Positions 27,212-35,284 of a stretch of DNA of 64,000 nucleotides are shown here, piece after piece. Position 1 is the first letter of the stretch, and each line of letters starts with the position of its first letter. The DNA comes from a virus. Taxonomy: Duplodnaviria > Heunggongvirae > Uroviricota > Caudoviricetes. The DNA lies in IMG/VR virus record IMGVR_UViG_3300042514_001345, one strand, 5' to 3'. The position numbers and the translations under genes were made by a program. The notes below the pieces were generated by a model. It made no database searches and was not told where the DNA came from. It was given only the letters and a program-made list of their open reading frames with translations.

Positions 27212-28939
27212 ATGGGAGCATTATTAGAATCAGGTATGGTTGGTAACATTGGATTAAAACATTTACGTGTTATCAAAGAAGATACTATTAGAAAATGGGA
27301 TGACTTAGGTTTCTTAGAAAACCTTGACGGTCACCAAAAAGATAACATCGCGCAATTGTATGAAAACCAAGCGTCTTATTTAATCAACGAAGCAGCAGTT
27401 TCTGATGCTTCAGGTTCTTTCGAGACAGTGGTATTCCCTATTATTCGTCGTGTGTTCTCTAAATTATTAGCGAATGACATCGTTTCAGTTCAAGCTATGA
27501 ACTTACCAATTGGTAAATTATTCTTCTTTATCCCTAAGATACAAGAAAGAAACGCAGCAAACGGACATTATTCTCCATACGGTATCCCAGGTGGTGCAGG
27601 TGGAGCTAGCGCAAGCACAGGTTACACAGGTACAAACCTTTACGATCGTTTCTACGAAGCGAATGATGAAGCTACTAGCGGTTTATTTGACTATTCAAAA
27701 GGTCAATTCTCTGGAGTAACTTTAGCAGGTGCATCTTATGTAACTTTCTCTGCTGGACAAGTAACTGAAGTAGCTAACTCAGCAATGACTGGTACTTCTA
27801 AGAGTGATGTAATCATCAAATTTAGTGGTTTCACTAAAACAGCTCAAGGTAAATTAATCGGACCAAACGGTTCTGTAATGGACACTGAAGATTTCTTAGC
27901 ATCAGCTACAGTATCTTTCTCTGGTGAATCTAAAAATTTCAACGTTGTAACTCAACAATACGGTAAAGGTATCGTTGCTTACGGTCAAAAAAGTACAACA
28001 TCAGGATATCCTAGTGGTGGATACCAAGACATTTGCGACGAAGAAGGTGTAATCTATGTAAAAGTAGACGTACAAACTTATTCAGCAACTGCTGGTTTCA
28101 GCGCTGTAACTTTAGCTTCTGACGCGTTAGCATCTGCTTTCGTATTAAACTTCAGAGTTTATGATTCATTAGAATTCGAAGAAGAAATCGGTGAGGTTTC
28201 TTTCGATCTTTCTTCTGTAACAGTTTCTGTAACTGAAAGAAAATTAAGAGCAACTTGGTCTCCAGAATTAGCTCAAGACGTTAGTGCGTTCCACAACATC
28301 GATGCTGAAGCTGAATTAACTGCTTTATTATCTGAGCAAATCGCTGCTGAGGTTGACCGTGAAATCTTACGTGATTTACGTAAAGGTGCTGCTTGGTCTC
28401 TTAAGTGGGATTACAATGAGTGGAAGTACGGTGGTTCATCAGGAGCAACTTTACAAGGTTACACTCAAAAGGATTGGAACCAAACGTTAATCACAAAGAT
28501 TAACCAATTATCGGCTCAAATCCATAAAACAACTTTACGTGGTGGTGCAAACTGGATTGTAGTTTCTTCAGAAGTTTCTGCTGTATTCGATGATTTAGAA
28601 TATTTCCACGTATCAAACGCTCATCCAGAGCAAGACCAATACAACATGGGTATTGAAAAAGTAGGTACTTTAGCTGGCCGTTACCAAGTGTATCGTGACC
28701 CTTACTTCCCTGCTGACAAAATCTTGATTGGTCACAAAGGTAAGTCATTATTGGATGCTGGTTATATCTACGCACCATATGTGCCTTTACAATTAACTCC
28801 AACAATGTATAATCCTTTCAACATGACACCTATCAAAGGTATCATGACAAGATACGCAAAGAAAATGGTTAACAACCGTTACTATGGTGTAATCTCTGTA
28901 AAAGGTATCCAAACATTTGACATGGGAACTTTAAGATAG
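27212..28939 (+). CDS. major capsid protein (T4 gp23-like, HK97 fold)
   Basis: RRVFSKLLANDIVSVQAMNLPIGKLFFF aligns with gp23 RRAIPNLIAFDICGVQPMNSPTGQVFAL. ELAQDVSAFHNIDAEAELTALLSEQIAAEVDREI aligns with ELAQDLRAVHGMDADAELSGILATEIMLEINREV. GRYQVYRDPYF...GHKGKSLLDAGYIYAPYVPL aligns with GKYRVYIDQY...GYKGPNEMDAGIYYAPYVAL. Confidence 0.92.
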   Translation: MGALLESGMVGNIGLKHLRVIKEDTIRKWDDLGFLENLDGHQKDNIAQLYENQASYLINEAAVSDASGSFETVVFPIIRRVFSKLLANDIVSVQAMNLPIGKLFFFIPKIQERNAANGHYSPYGIPGGAGGASASTGYTGTNLYDRFYEANDEATSGLFDYSKGQFSGVTLAGASYVTFSAGQVTEVANSAMTGTSKSDVIIKFSGFTKTAQGKLIGPNGSVMDTEDFLASATVSFSGESKNFNVVTQQYGKGIVAYGQKSTTSGYPSGGYQDICDEEGVIYVKVDVQTYSATAGFSAVTLASDALASAFVLNFRVYDSLEFEEEIGEVSFDLSSVTVSVTERKLRATWSPELAQDVSAFHNIDAEAELTALLSEQIAAEVDREILRDLRKGAAWSLKWDYNEWKYGGSSGATLQGYTQKDWNQTLITKINQLSAQIHKTTLRGGANWIVVSSEVSAVFDDLEYFHVSNAHPEQDQYNMGIEKVGTLAGRYQVYRDPYFPADKILIGHKGKSLLDAGYIYAPYVPLQLTPTMYNPFNMTPIKGIMTRYAKKMVNNRYYGVISVKGIQTFDMGTLR

Positions 28940-28963
28940 TATTCTTAATGTAGTATATAAAAG

Positions 28964-28990
28964 CCCTCGTAGAAATACGGGGGTTTTTTA
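28964..28990 (+). terminator. rho-independent terminator after the capsid gene
   Basis: Stem CCCTCGTA / TACGGGGG with loop GAAA, followed by T6. Confidence 0.65.
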
Positions 28991-29018
28991 TTTTATAGAA
29001 ATTACGTATATTTGACTT

Positions 29019-29333
29019 ATGTCAGAAGTTGATTACAGCAAATTAAGATTGGATGTCCTTGAAAAAATGATTTACACAAGAAGTATTGAGTGTAAAATGA
29101 AAAAGGACGAAATGATTAAAATGTTAAAATTAGATGATGAGGGTAAGTATGAACCCCCTATGAATAATACCACATATGAGAAATGTGATGGTGGCTTTAA
29201 TGTTGGTATTGATATCCGAAGCCATTCTGATTTAGTGCAAATAGGTAAATTAGTGGAAAAGAAAGATGCTAAATGTTTAAATAGATATTCAGATAATAGG
29301 TTGTGGTATTGGTCAAAACAAAAATTAATTTAA
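29019..29333 (+). CDS. hypothetical protein
   Basis: 104-aa ORF. Confidence 0.35.
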   Translation: MSEVDYSKLRLDVLEKMIYTRSIECKMKKDEMIKMLKLDDEGKYEPPMNNTTYEKCDGGFNVGIDIRSHSDLVQIGKLVEKKDAKCLNRYSDNRLWYWSKQKLI

Positions 29334-30203
29334 TTACCAAGTTCTACAAGCCCAATATCTTGGTTTCCAACGCGGTCCTGGATTTGCACAATTGTGTCTT
29401 GCTCTGAATGATTTACGTCTTGCTGGGTTATTCTTCTTAATAACCATTCTTTTTCCTTTAGCGGATTTACCGCCAAAACCAAAGTTTACCTTAACGACTT
29501 TACCTTTATCGTTCTTAACGTACACTTTAAATTTTTTAATATCGCCCTGCATTATCTTACCTAGCTGAACTTTACGTCCTTGATATTCGGCTTCATTTAA
29601 CATATTATCAATAACATAGTTGGTCATTTGTACCGAACCATCTTCATCTTCATATATTAAAACTGGAGTTTCTTCATTATATTCAAATAATCTTTTAAAT
29701 TGTTCTTCCGATATTTGAATAATTGTTCTTTTTTTCACACTTTCAGATAATCTATCCATTTCTTTATATCTAAGAGGATTGGACATTCTTTCTGGTTGAC
29801 TAAACAATCTTTTTTTTCTTGTAAAAGCAAAACTTCTACTTCTTTCATCGACACTACTTTGTTCATCAAACTTGACCATAGTTGGTTTATTTCCTTTACC
29901 GACTTTTGGGTCCTCTTTTTCGGCTCTTCTTTTTTGTGATGTCATTGCTTTTTTTTCTTTTTTATCATAAGATGAAGCAACTTTTGGGGTTTCTTTAGAC
30001 ACTTTTTTAGAAGGTCTACATTTTGGATAGGATTTCCCATCAGCGTCTTTTCGACCACAAGGCGGGTGTTTACCGTCTACCTTTTTACTAACGTCTACCC
30101 ACTTTTCTTTAAACCATCTTCTAAGGTCTTCTTGCAAGACCTCTCCTGATTTTAAAGATTCTTCAATATATTCTTTATCTTCTTTAGATACTATAAATTT
30201 CAT
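29334..30203 (-). CDS. highly basic Cys-containing protein (possible nucleic-acid-binding or internal virion protein)
   Basis: 289 aa, Lys/Arg-rich, with a C-terminal CANPGPRWKPRYWACRTW. Confidence 0.4.
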   Translation of the reverse strand: MKFIVSKEDKEYIEESLKSGEVLQEDLRRWFKEKWVDVSKKVDGKHPPCGRKDADGKSYPKCRPSKKVSKETPKVASSYDKKEKKAMTSQKRRAEKEDPKVGKGNKPTMVKFDEQSSVDERSRSFAFTRKKRLFSQPERMSNPLRYKEMDRLSESVKKRTIIQISEEQFKRLFEYNEETPVLIYEDEDGSVQMTNYVIDNMLNEAEYQGRKVQLGKIMQGDIKKFKVYVKNDKGKVVKVNFGFGGKSAKGKRMVIKKNNPARRKSFRARHNCANPGPRWKPRYWACRTW

Positions 30204-30204
30204 A

Positions 30205-30483
30205 TTATTTAATTTTATCTACCTCATTAACAAATTTATGGCACTTATCGGTTATCTTACCCTTTTCGTGGTCTGTGATGGATAACTTTACATTATCATA
30301 ATGAACCGTCATATCTGGGTGATGATTCTGTTTGTCAGCAATTTTCATAACCTCATTCGCAAATGACATCACCTCTTTATAATTTTTAAAATAAAATGTC
30401 TTAGCTAGTTTACCACTTACTTCCTTCCAATTACTACTATTCATAATTTTATTTTTTTGATTTTCGGTTATAACGATTTTCAT
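30205..30483 (-). CDS. pterin-4-alpha-carbinolamine dehydratase (PCD/DCoH)
   Basis: FKNYKEVMSFANEVMKIADKQNHHPDMTVHYDNVKLSITDHEKGKIT matches the PCD signature (E..HHP, L.THD). Length is 92 aa. Confidence 0.75.
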   Translation of the reverse strand: MKIVITENQKNKIMNSSNWKEVSGKLAKTFYFKNYKEVMSFANEVMKIADKQNHHPDMTVHYDNVKLSITDHEKGKITDKCHKFVNEVDKIK

Positions 30484-30484
30484 A

Positions 30485-31246
30485 TTATAATTTGGTATCT
30501 TTTATAAATTTTTTATGTGAATTTTTATATGATTTTAATGATTCGTCATTTATATCTTTAGTATATTGCCAATTCCAATATAAATCGTCATTTATTTTAA
30601 AACCATAAAATTCATGGATTTTCTTTTGTAAATCATTCACATTTACACCGTTAAAATTCTGTCCAGTACATATAAATCCAGTTTCAATATCTTTAACTAA
30701 ATTGGATTCACCTAACGCCGTGTGTCTGTTTTCTATCCAAGTTAAACGTTCAATTAGATTTTGATAAAACATATTTGTTTGTCCCCATCTAACGGAACTT
30801 AGAAATACAACCGCATCTGACTCAAATAGTTCTTTACTTATTTTCCAAAGTTCATCTTTGGGGTTGTTTATACTAGCCCAACATCTATGGTGACCGGTTG
30901 GATTTTTATCTTTATCCTTAAGTTTTGATTTTAATAAACCACAACTATTACCGTCTTTTCTTGATACATTACCCTCACAAGGAACTATGTTTAATTCTGA
31001 AACGTCTATCAATGTTGATTTATCACCCAATTCATCATTAAGATACATCGCAATCATTTTAGATTTTGGTATATCAATATCGTTTTTATCCCAATTATGT
31101 CTATTAGAACAACTTAATAATAAAACTTTTTTCTTCTTTTTAAGAACGTCCAATGTTTTCTCTATAGATTTCCAAGCATCAGATTGTACCATCTCCTCAG
31201 AAATCATCATTTGTCTAATCCTATGTATGTTCTCTTGTAAGTTCAT
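30485..31246 (-). CDS. flavodoxin-like NAD(P)H-dependent FMN reductase family protein
   Basis: KKVLLLSCSNR and AVVFLSSVRWGQTNMFYQNLIERL resemble the FMN_red fold. Confidence 0.4.
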   Translation of the reverse strand: MNLQENIHRIRQMMISEEMVQSDAWKSIEKTLDVLKKKKKVLLLSCSNRHNWDKNDIDIPKSKMIAMYLNDELGDKSTLIDVSELNIVPCEGNVSRKDGNSCGLLKSKLKDKDKNPTGHHRCWASINNPKDELWKISKELFESDAVVFLSSVRWGQTNMFYQNLIERLTWIENRHTALGESNLVKDIETGFICTGQNFNGVNVNDLQKKIHEFYGFKINDDLYWNWQYTKDINDESLKSYKNSHKKFIKDTKL

Positions 31247-31705
31247 CTATTTACATTTTTTCCAACCACCACCTTTTGCTTTATAGTTTTTGGCAGCCCA
31301 ACCATTAGCGTATGCTGAAGGATAAACGTCAAATTTTCTTTTAGCCGCCGCCTTAGACGCCGACCATTTTGCTGGGTCGGTGGGGCAGTTTTTACTTTCG
31401 TCTATTTCACCATTTTCAGATAAATCTTTTTCTGATTCGGTTAGGTTTTTTTGTTCCATATAACTTTCTATGAAATTTGCAACTTCTTCAATATCATCTT
31501 TCGATGTTGTGATGTGATCACCGGCCCATGCGTGTTCTCCCGTAACTAATTTTGGGAAATCGGGGTGGTGTTTAAATGATAAGATTATTTCAATATCGTT
31601 CTTTATTTGAGTTAAATTACTCAATACCATATATGTACCAGTTTCTGAAATATGCTCTTCTTGAGCTTCTTTGATACATTTTTTAATAAGTTCGTTGATG
31701 TTCAT
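31247..31705 (-). CDS. hypothetical protein, paralog A, with a shared 22-aa N-terminal leader
   Basis: MNINELIKKCIKEAQEEHISETG matches the start of the 31726..32139 ORF. Confidence 0.45.
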   Translation of the reverse strand: MNINELIKKCIKEAQEEHISETGTYMVLSNLTQIKNDIEIILSFKHHPDFPKLVTGEHAWAGDHITTSKDDIEEVANFIESYMEQKNLTESEKDLSENGEIDESKNCPTDPAKWSASKAAAKRKFDVYPSAYANGWAAKNYKAKGGGWKKCK

Positions 31706-31708
31706 TTT

Positions 31709-31716
31709 TATAAATA
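31709..31716 (-). promoter_or_regulatory. TATTTATA upstream motif (minus strand)
   Basis: 3 nt upstream of the start of paralog A (31705). Confidence 0.35.
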
Positions 31717-31725
31717 TTTAGTTAA

Positions 31726-32139
31726 TTAGAAGGATACATCGTAATCATCCTCAGAAAAAGATATATTAATTTGTCTACGAACTGTGTTAATATTCCATCC
31801 GGTTATAATTTCAGATATTCCTTCATCCATATAGTAATTACTTATTTGTTCCATGTATTTTTCTAACCGAGCATAATCTTTCCAGCTAATATTACCCCTT
31901 GCGTCTTCCCAAAAATCAATGATAAGTTCACCATCTTCGTAGTATACTTCGTTAACACCATCACCCACAAAACTAAATAATTCTTTTATAGTATCTTCAG
32001 ACGCTATGTGAACTTCTTTTACATCTTGATTAACCCCACCACTAAGAACAAAAAGGGGTAACGCTGATTCACCACTTTCAGTGATGCGTTCTTCTTGTGT
32101 TTCAATAATACATTTTCTAATAAGTTCTTTAAGGTTCAT
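31726..32139 (-). CDS. hypothetical protein, paralog B, with a shared 22-aa N-terminal leader
   Basis: Begins MNLKELIRKCIIETQEERITESG. Confidence 0.45.
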   Translation of the reverse strand: MNLKELIRKCIIETQEERITESGESALPLFVLSGGVNQDVKEVHIASEDTIKELFSFVGDGVNEVYYEDGELIIDFWEDARGNISWKDYARLEKYMEQISNYYMDEGISEIITGWNINTVRRQINISFSEDDYDVSF

Positions 32140-32150
32140 TTTAAATATTT

Positions 32151-33521
32151 TTATCTTTCTGAAACAATTTCAAATTTTATTAAATCCTTATAGAAGATTT
32201 CCTCATTATGCGTTTTACCCTTTATTTCAACCCAGTATTCTCTAGGAATCATTATTGAAGTGTCTAAAAAGAATGAATTTTCATTGGTTTTATCTAGCTG
32301 AGTCCATTCAAATACATTAACCTGGGTTTTACCCTCTTTAACAAATATTCTATAATAAACCTCGTCAAATAGTACTGATTTTGGATAATCTAAGGATCTA
32401 AACGTCACAACCACCTTTCTATTTTCACCAGATTTTATTTTTTCGTTTAATTGTAACCCGAAAAATTGGATAACATATCTCTGTAATTCAACCGGATTAG
32501 CGCCAATAGTGTATAACGAAGTATATGGCTTAGGTACAAATTTTTGAGTAAGATTATCGATTGATACGCCGTCTATAGACAAACCTTTCCATTTATCAAA
32601 ATAAAAGCGTTTCCCGTCGCATAGAAGCCCCGAAAGACCAAAGGTGACCTTGTATATCCCTTTGCGTATTTTCGTCGTTGTAAGGTTACCTAAACCCGAA
32701 ATAACAGCATTATTATAATCTAAGATATCAACCGTAGGTAAACTATCTAAATCGTAGTAATTTGAACCTTTAGTTACGTATAAATAAAGATTTTGATTTA
32801 CCTCAGCGATAAAGTTATCTCTATTATCATCAATTCTATCGTCAAATACGGTTTCAACGAATGGTTCAAAAAAGGTTTGTGTGTATTTTGTAAAAAATGA
32901 AACAGATTGGTCGATTGCTGGGGATAAATCTTGATATAAAACACTAAATGCTATACCAAGACCATGATTGGTGTTTCCGCTAACCACTATGCTATTAACA
33001 TAGTCAGTTATATCGACATCTAAATTCTCATCACCATTATCCATGCTAATGGTTCCAATAACCGTTGGAGATGTGCTATAAACACCTTCAGAAGACCAAG
33101 AATCTAAAGTAGTTCTATTAAACCAGTTAGACGGTCTCTCGTCGAATGTTTCGTTCCCAGACGTGAAATCATATACTTGTTCGTAATCGAAACCAACACC
33201 CTCATCCCAATATTCGGTTATTTTAAAAATGATTAAATCAAAAGAGGTGGCTCTTTCTCTACCAGAACCTCTTTTTTGCCCCAAAAACGCTTCATCACCA
33301 AAAATGGTGTTTGTCATTTTAAGGTAATGTTTTGTGTTACCATTAACAACGTAGTCCCCGCCATCAACTTTTGCTTTTAAATCTGTTAAATCGACTTTAA
33401 AAATAAATTTTGAGAATCCGGAACCATAAAATATCTCAGTATTAGGGTTTTTAGCCGTGTTAATCTGAGAATTTTTTATTATAGTGTTGTTTTTTTCAAA
33501 GTATGAACGAAAATATGACAT
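32151..33521 (-). CDS. putative tail/baseplate structural protein
   Basis: 456-aa beta-rich ORF adjacent to the spike-like gene. Confidence 0.3.
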   Translation of the reverse strand: MSYFRSYFEKNNTIIKNSQINTAKNPNTEIFYGSGFSKFIFKVDLTDLKAKVDGGDYVVNGNTKHYLKMTNTIFGDEAFLGQKRGSGRERATSFDLIIFKITEYWDEGVGFDYEQVYDFTSGNETFDERPSNWFNRTTLDSWSSEGVYSTSPTVIGTISMDNGDENLDVDITDYVNSIVVSGNTNHGLGIAFSVLYQDLSPAIDQSVSFFTKYTQTFFEPFVETVFDDRIDDNRDNFIAEVNQNLYLYVTKGSNYYDLDSLPTVDILDYNNAVISGLGNLTTTKIRKGIYKVTFGLSGLLCDGKRFYFDKWKGLSIDGVSIDNLTQKFVPKPYTSLYTIGANPVELQRYVIQFFGLQLNEKIKSGENRKVVVTFRSLDYPKSVLFDEVYYRIFVKEGKTQVNVFEWTQLDKTNENSFFLDTSIMIPREYWVEIKGKTHNEEIFYKDLIKFEIVSER

Positions 33522-33544
33522 CTTTTTATTTAATAAATATCGAA

Positions 33545-35086
33545 TTAGTTGATTCTAATTGATTTATTAACCATGTCATTTGGCATTTTAGTTTTAAGGT
33601 CCCTAATTTTATCTTTTAGGGCTTGTGGCCATGCAGGGGTGGTACCTATCCCGTGCCTATGTTCTAATAACATTTCAACCATTAATTCAAGTATTTCAAT
33701 TAATTTTTCGCCCCTAACTGATGACCAAGTATTTGGTTCAATTCTTTCAATATAATCAAATTGGTCAAGTTCATATTTGTTTAAATTAGGGAAATCTACA
33801 CTTTTACCACTACCACCATTTGTTTCAGTTGAAAGAATAAAAAATTTATCCGCCATAACAGAACCAATGGATTGTTCTATATAATCTTCTCTTAAAATTT
33901 TACCCTTAGCATCATAAACAATGTTTTTATTTCTAACGTATTGATTTGTCTTTTTAAGTTTTGAAATTACAGGATCGGCAGATGTTTCATCAAAAAACAA
34001 TCCGTAATTTTTTCTAGGTTTAACAACTATATTTTCAAGAAATTTAACCTTATTTGATTTACCTAAATTTGTTGGGGTTTCTCTTCTAACTAATGAGTTT
34101 GGTGAAACAACTGGTCTAAAATAAAATGGATGTGCGGTTTTATTTGGCAGGGTTGATGATATCACATTCATTTTTTCATTATCTAAATTAGCAATAAATG
34201 TTCTTACTTCAGCATACGCCTCTTCTATTGAATCGACTTCAATCTCATCTTGATAAATTAATTTAATATTTGCACCAAAATTAGTTGTTTCCTGATTAAA
34301 GATATCTGTTTTATATTTGTCACCTTCACCAGTAATAACCTCGTAAATTGTCATTGTTACACCTGTAGGAGATTCAAAATCGTTTAAATCGTATTCTACA
34401 ATGTGCTTTAAATCCATTCGACTTATTTTATCCACAAATGTTGTTTCAGTGAATAATTCAGCAGTATATGGATATTTCTTTAAAGATAATTTAGCTTCTT
34501 TTCTACCGCGGTAGGGATATATGCTTAATTTTTCTTTTATTGTTTTACTTTTTGTTTCTTTAGATATAAATTTTCCCGCACGTAATTGAGCTCCGCCTTC
34601 AGTTAATAATAAATCTGAACCATAATTACCGTTTATAGCTATATCGCCTAATTTAGCCATTGTACCAACGGATTTGGCTTCAACGTAATTGTCCTCAAAA
34701 GATAATTTAGACCCGCTAAAACTTTTGATATCTGGTTTAGGGATACTACCAACACCATAAGATGTATACGTTAATTGACTACTAAATGATTGTGATGGAA
34801 AATCGTGTGAAGTTGTAAATGGTCCTGGGATATATTCTTGGTTTGTTAAACCATCAGATTCTGCAATGTGTTTTATAATTTTAACAGCACCTTTAACTTC
34901 TGGAATGATATTAATATGTGTCGGTAAAAAAGGTAATGCAACAGTTGGGTCGTTTTTATCCCAAGCAGGACCAGTATATGCTCTTTGTTTTGTAGCAATA
35001 TTATCATCAAAAGAAAAATAGCGTATTCTACCAATTCCTTGTGGATCTAAAATATCTATAACCGTACCAACATCAATTATTTTCAT
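33545..35086 (-). CDS. baseplate central spike/hub-like protein (gp5/gpV-type N-terminal OB fold)
   Basis: N-terminal IDVGTVIDILDPQGIGRIRYFSF resembles the G.V..v.DP...gRvrV motif of baseplate spike proteins. Confidence 0.35.
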   Translation of the reverse strand: MKIIDVGTVIDILDPQGIGRIRYFSFDDNIATKQRAYTGPAWDKNDPTVALPFLPTHINIIPEVKGAVKIIKHIAESDGLTNQEYIPGPFTTSHDFPSQSFSSQLTYTSYGVGSIPKPDIKSFSGSKLSFEDNYVEAKSVGTMAKLGDIAINGNYGSDLLLTEGGAQLRAGKFISKETKSKTIKEKLSIYPYRGRKEAKLSLKKYPYTAELFTETTFVDKISRMDLKHIVEYDLNDFESPTGVTMTIYEVITGEGDKYKTDIFNQETTNFGANIKLIYQDEIEVDSIEEAYAEVRTFIANLDNEKMNVISSTLPNKTAHPFYFRPVVSPNSLVRRETPTNLGKSNKVKFLENIVVKPRKNYGLFFDETSADPVISKLKKTNQYVRNKNIVYDAKGKILREDYIEQSIGSVMADKFFILSTETNGGSGKSVDFPNLNKYELDQFDYIERIEPNTWSSVRGEKLIEILELMVEMLLEHRHGIGTTPAWPQALKDKIRDLKTKMPNDMVNKSIRIN

Positions 35087-35280
35087 TTTATTCTTTTACC
35101 TATTTCGTTATTAACTTCGTTATATAAATCTTCCACACCTTCCATATGTCGAGTTAAGTCAATTATTAATTTTTTTGTTTTTTCAAATTCATCAATTAAA
35201 AAATTTCTAGCATCAATAAGTGATGAATTTGAATGATTTTTCACATCATTAGCTATTTCAATTACTTTATCTTTTTCCAT
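35083..35280 (-). CDS. small hypothetical protein
   Basis: 65-aa ORF overlapping both neighbours. Confidence 0.3.
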   Translation of the reverse strand: MEKDKVIEIANDVKNHSNSSLIDARNFLIDEFEKTKKLIIDLTRHMEGVEDLYNEVNNEIGKRIK

Positions 35281-35284
35281 TTAA

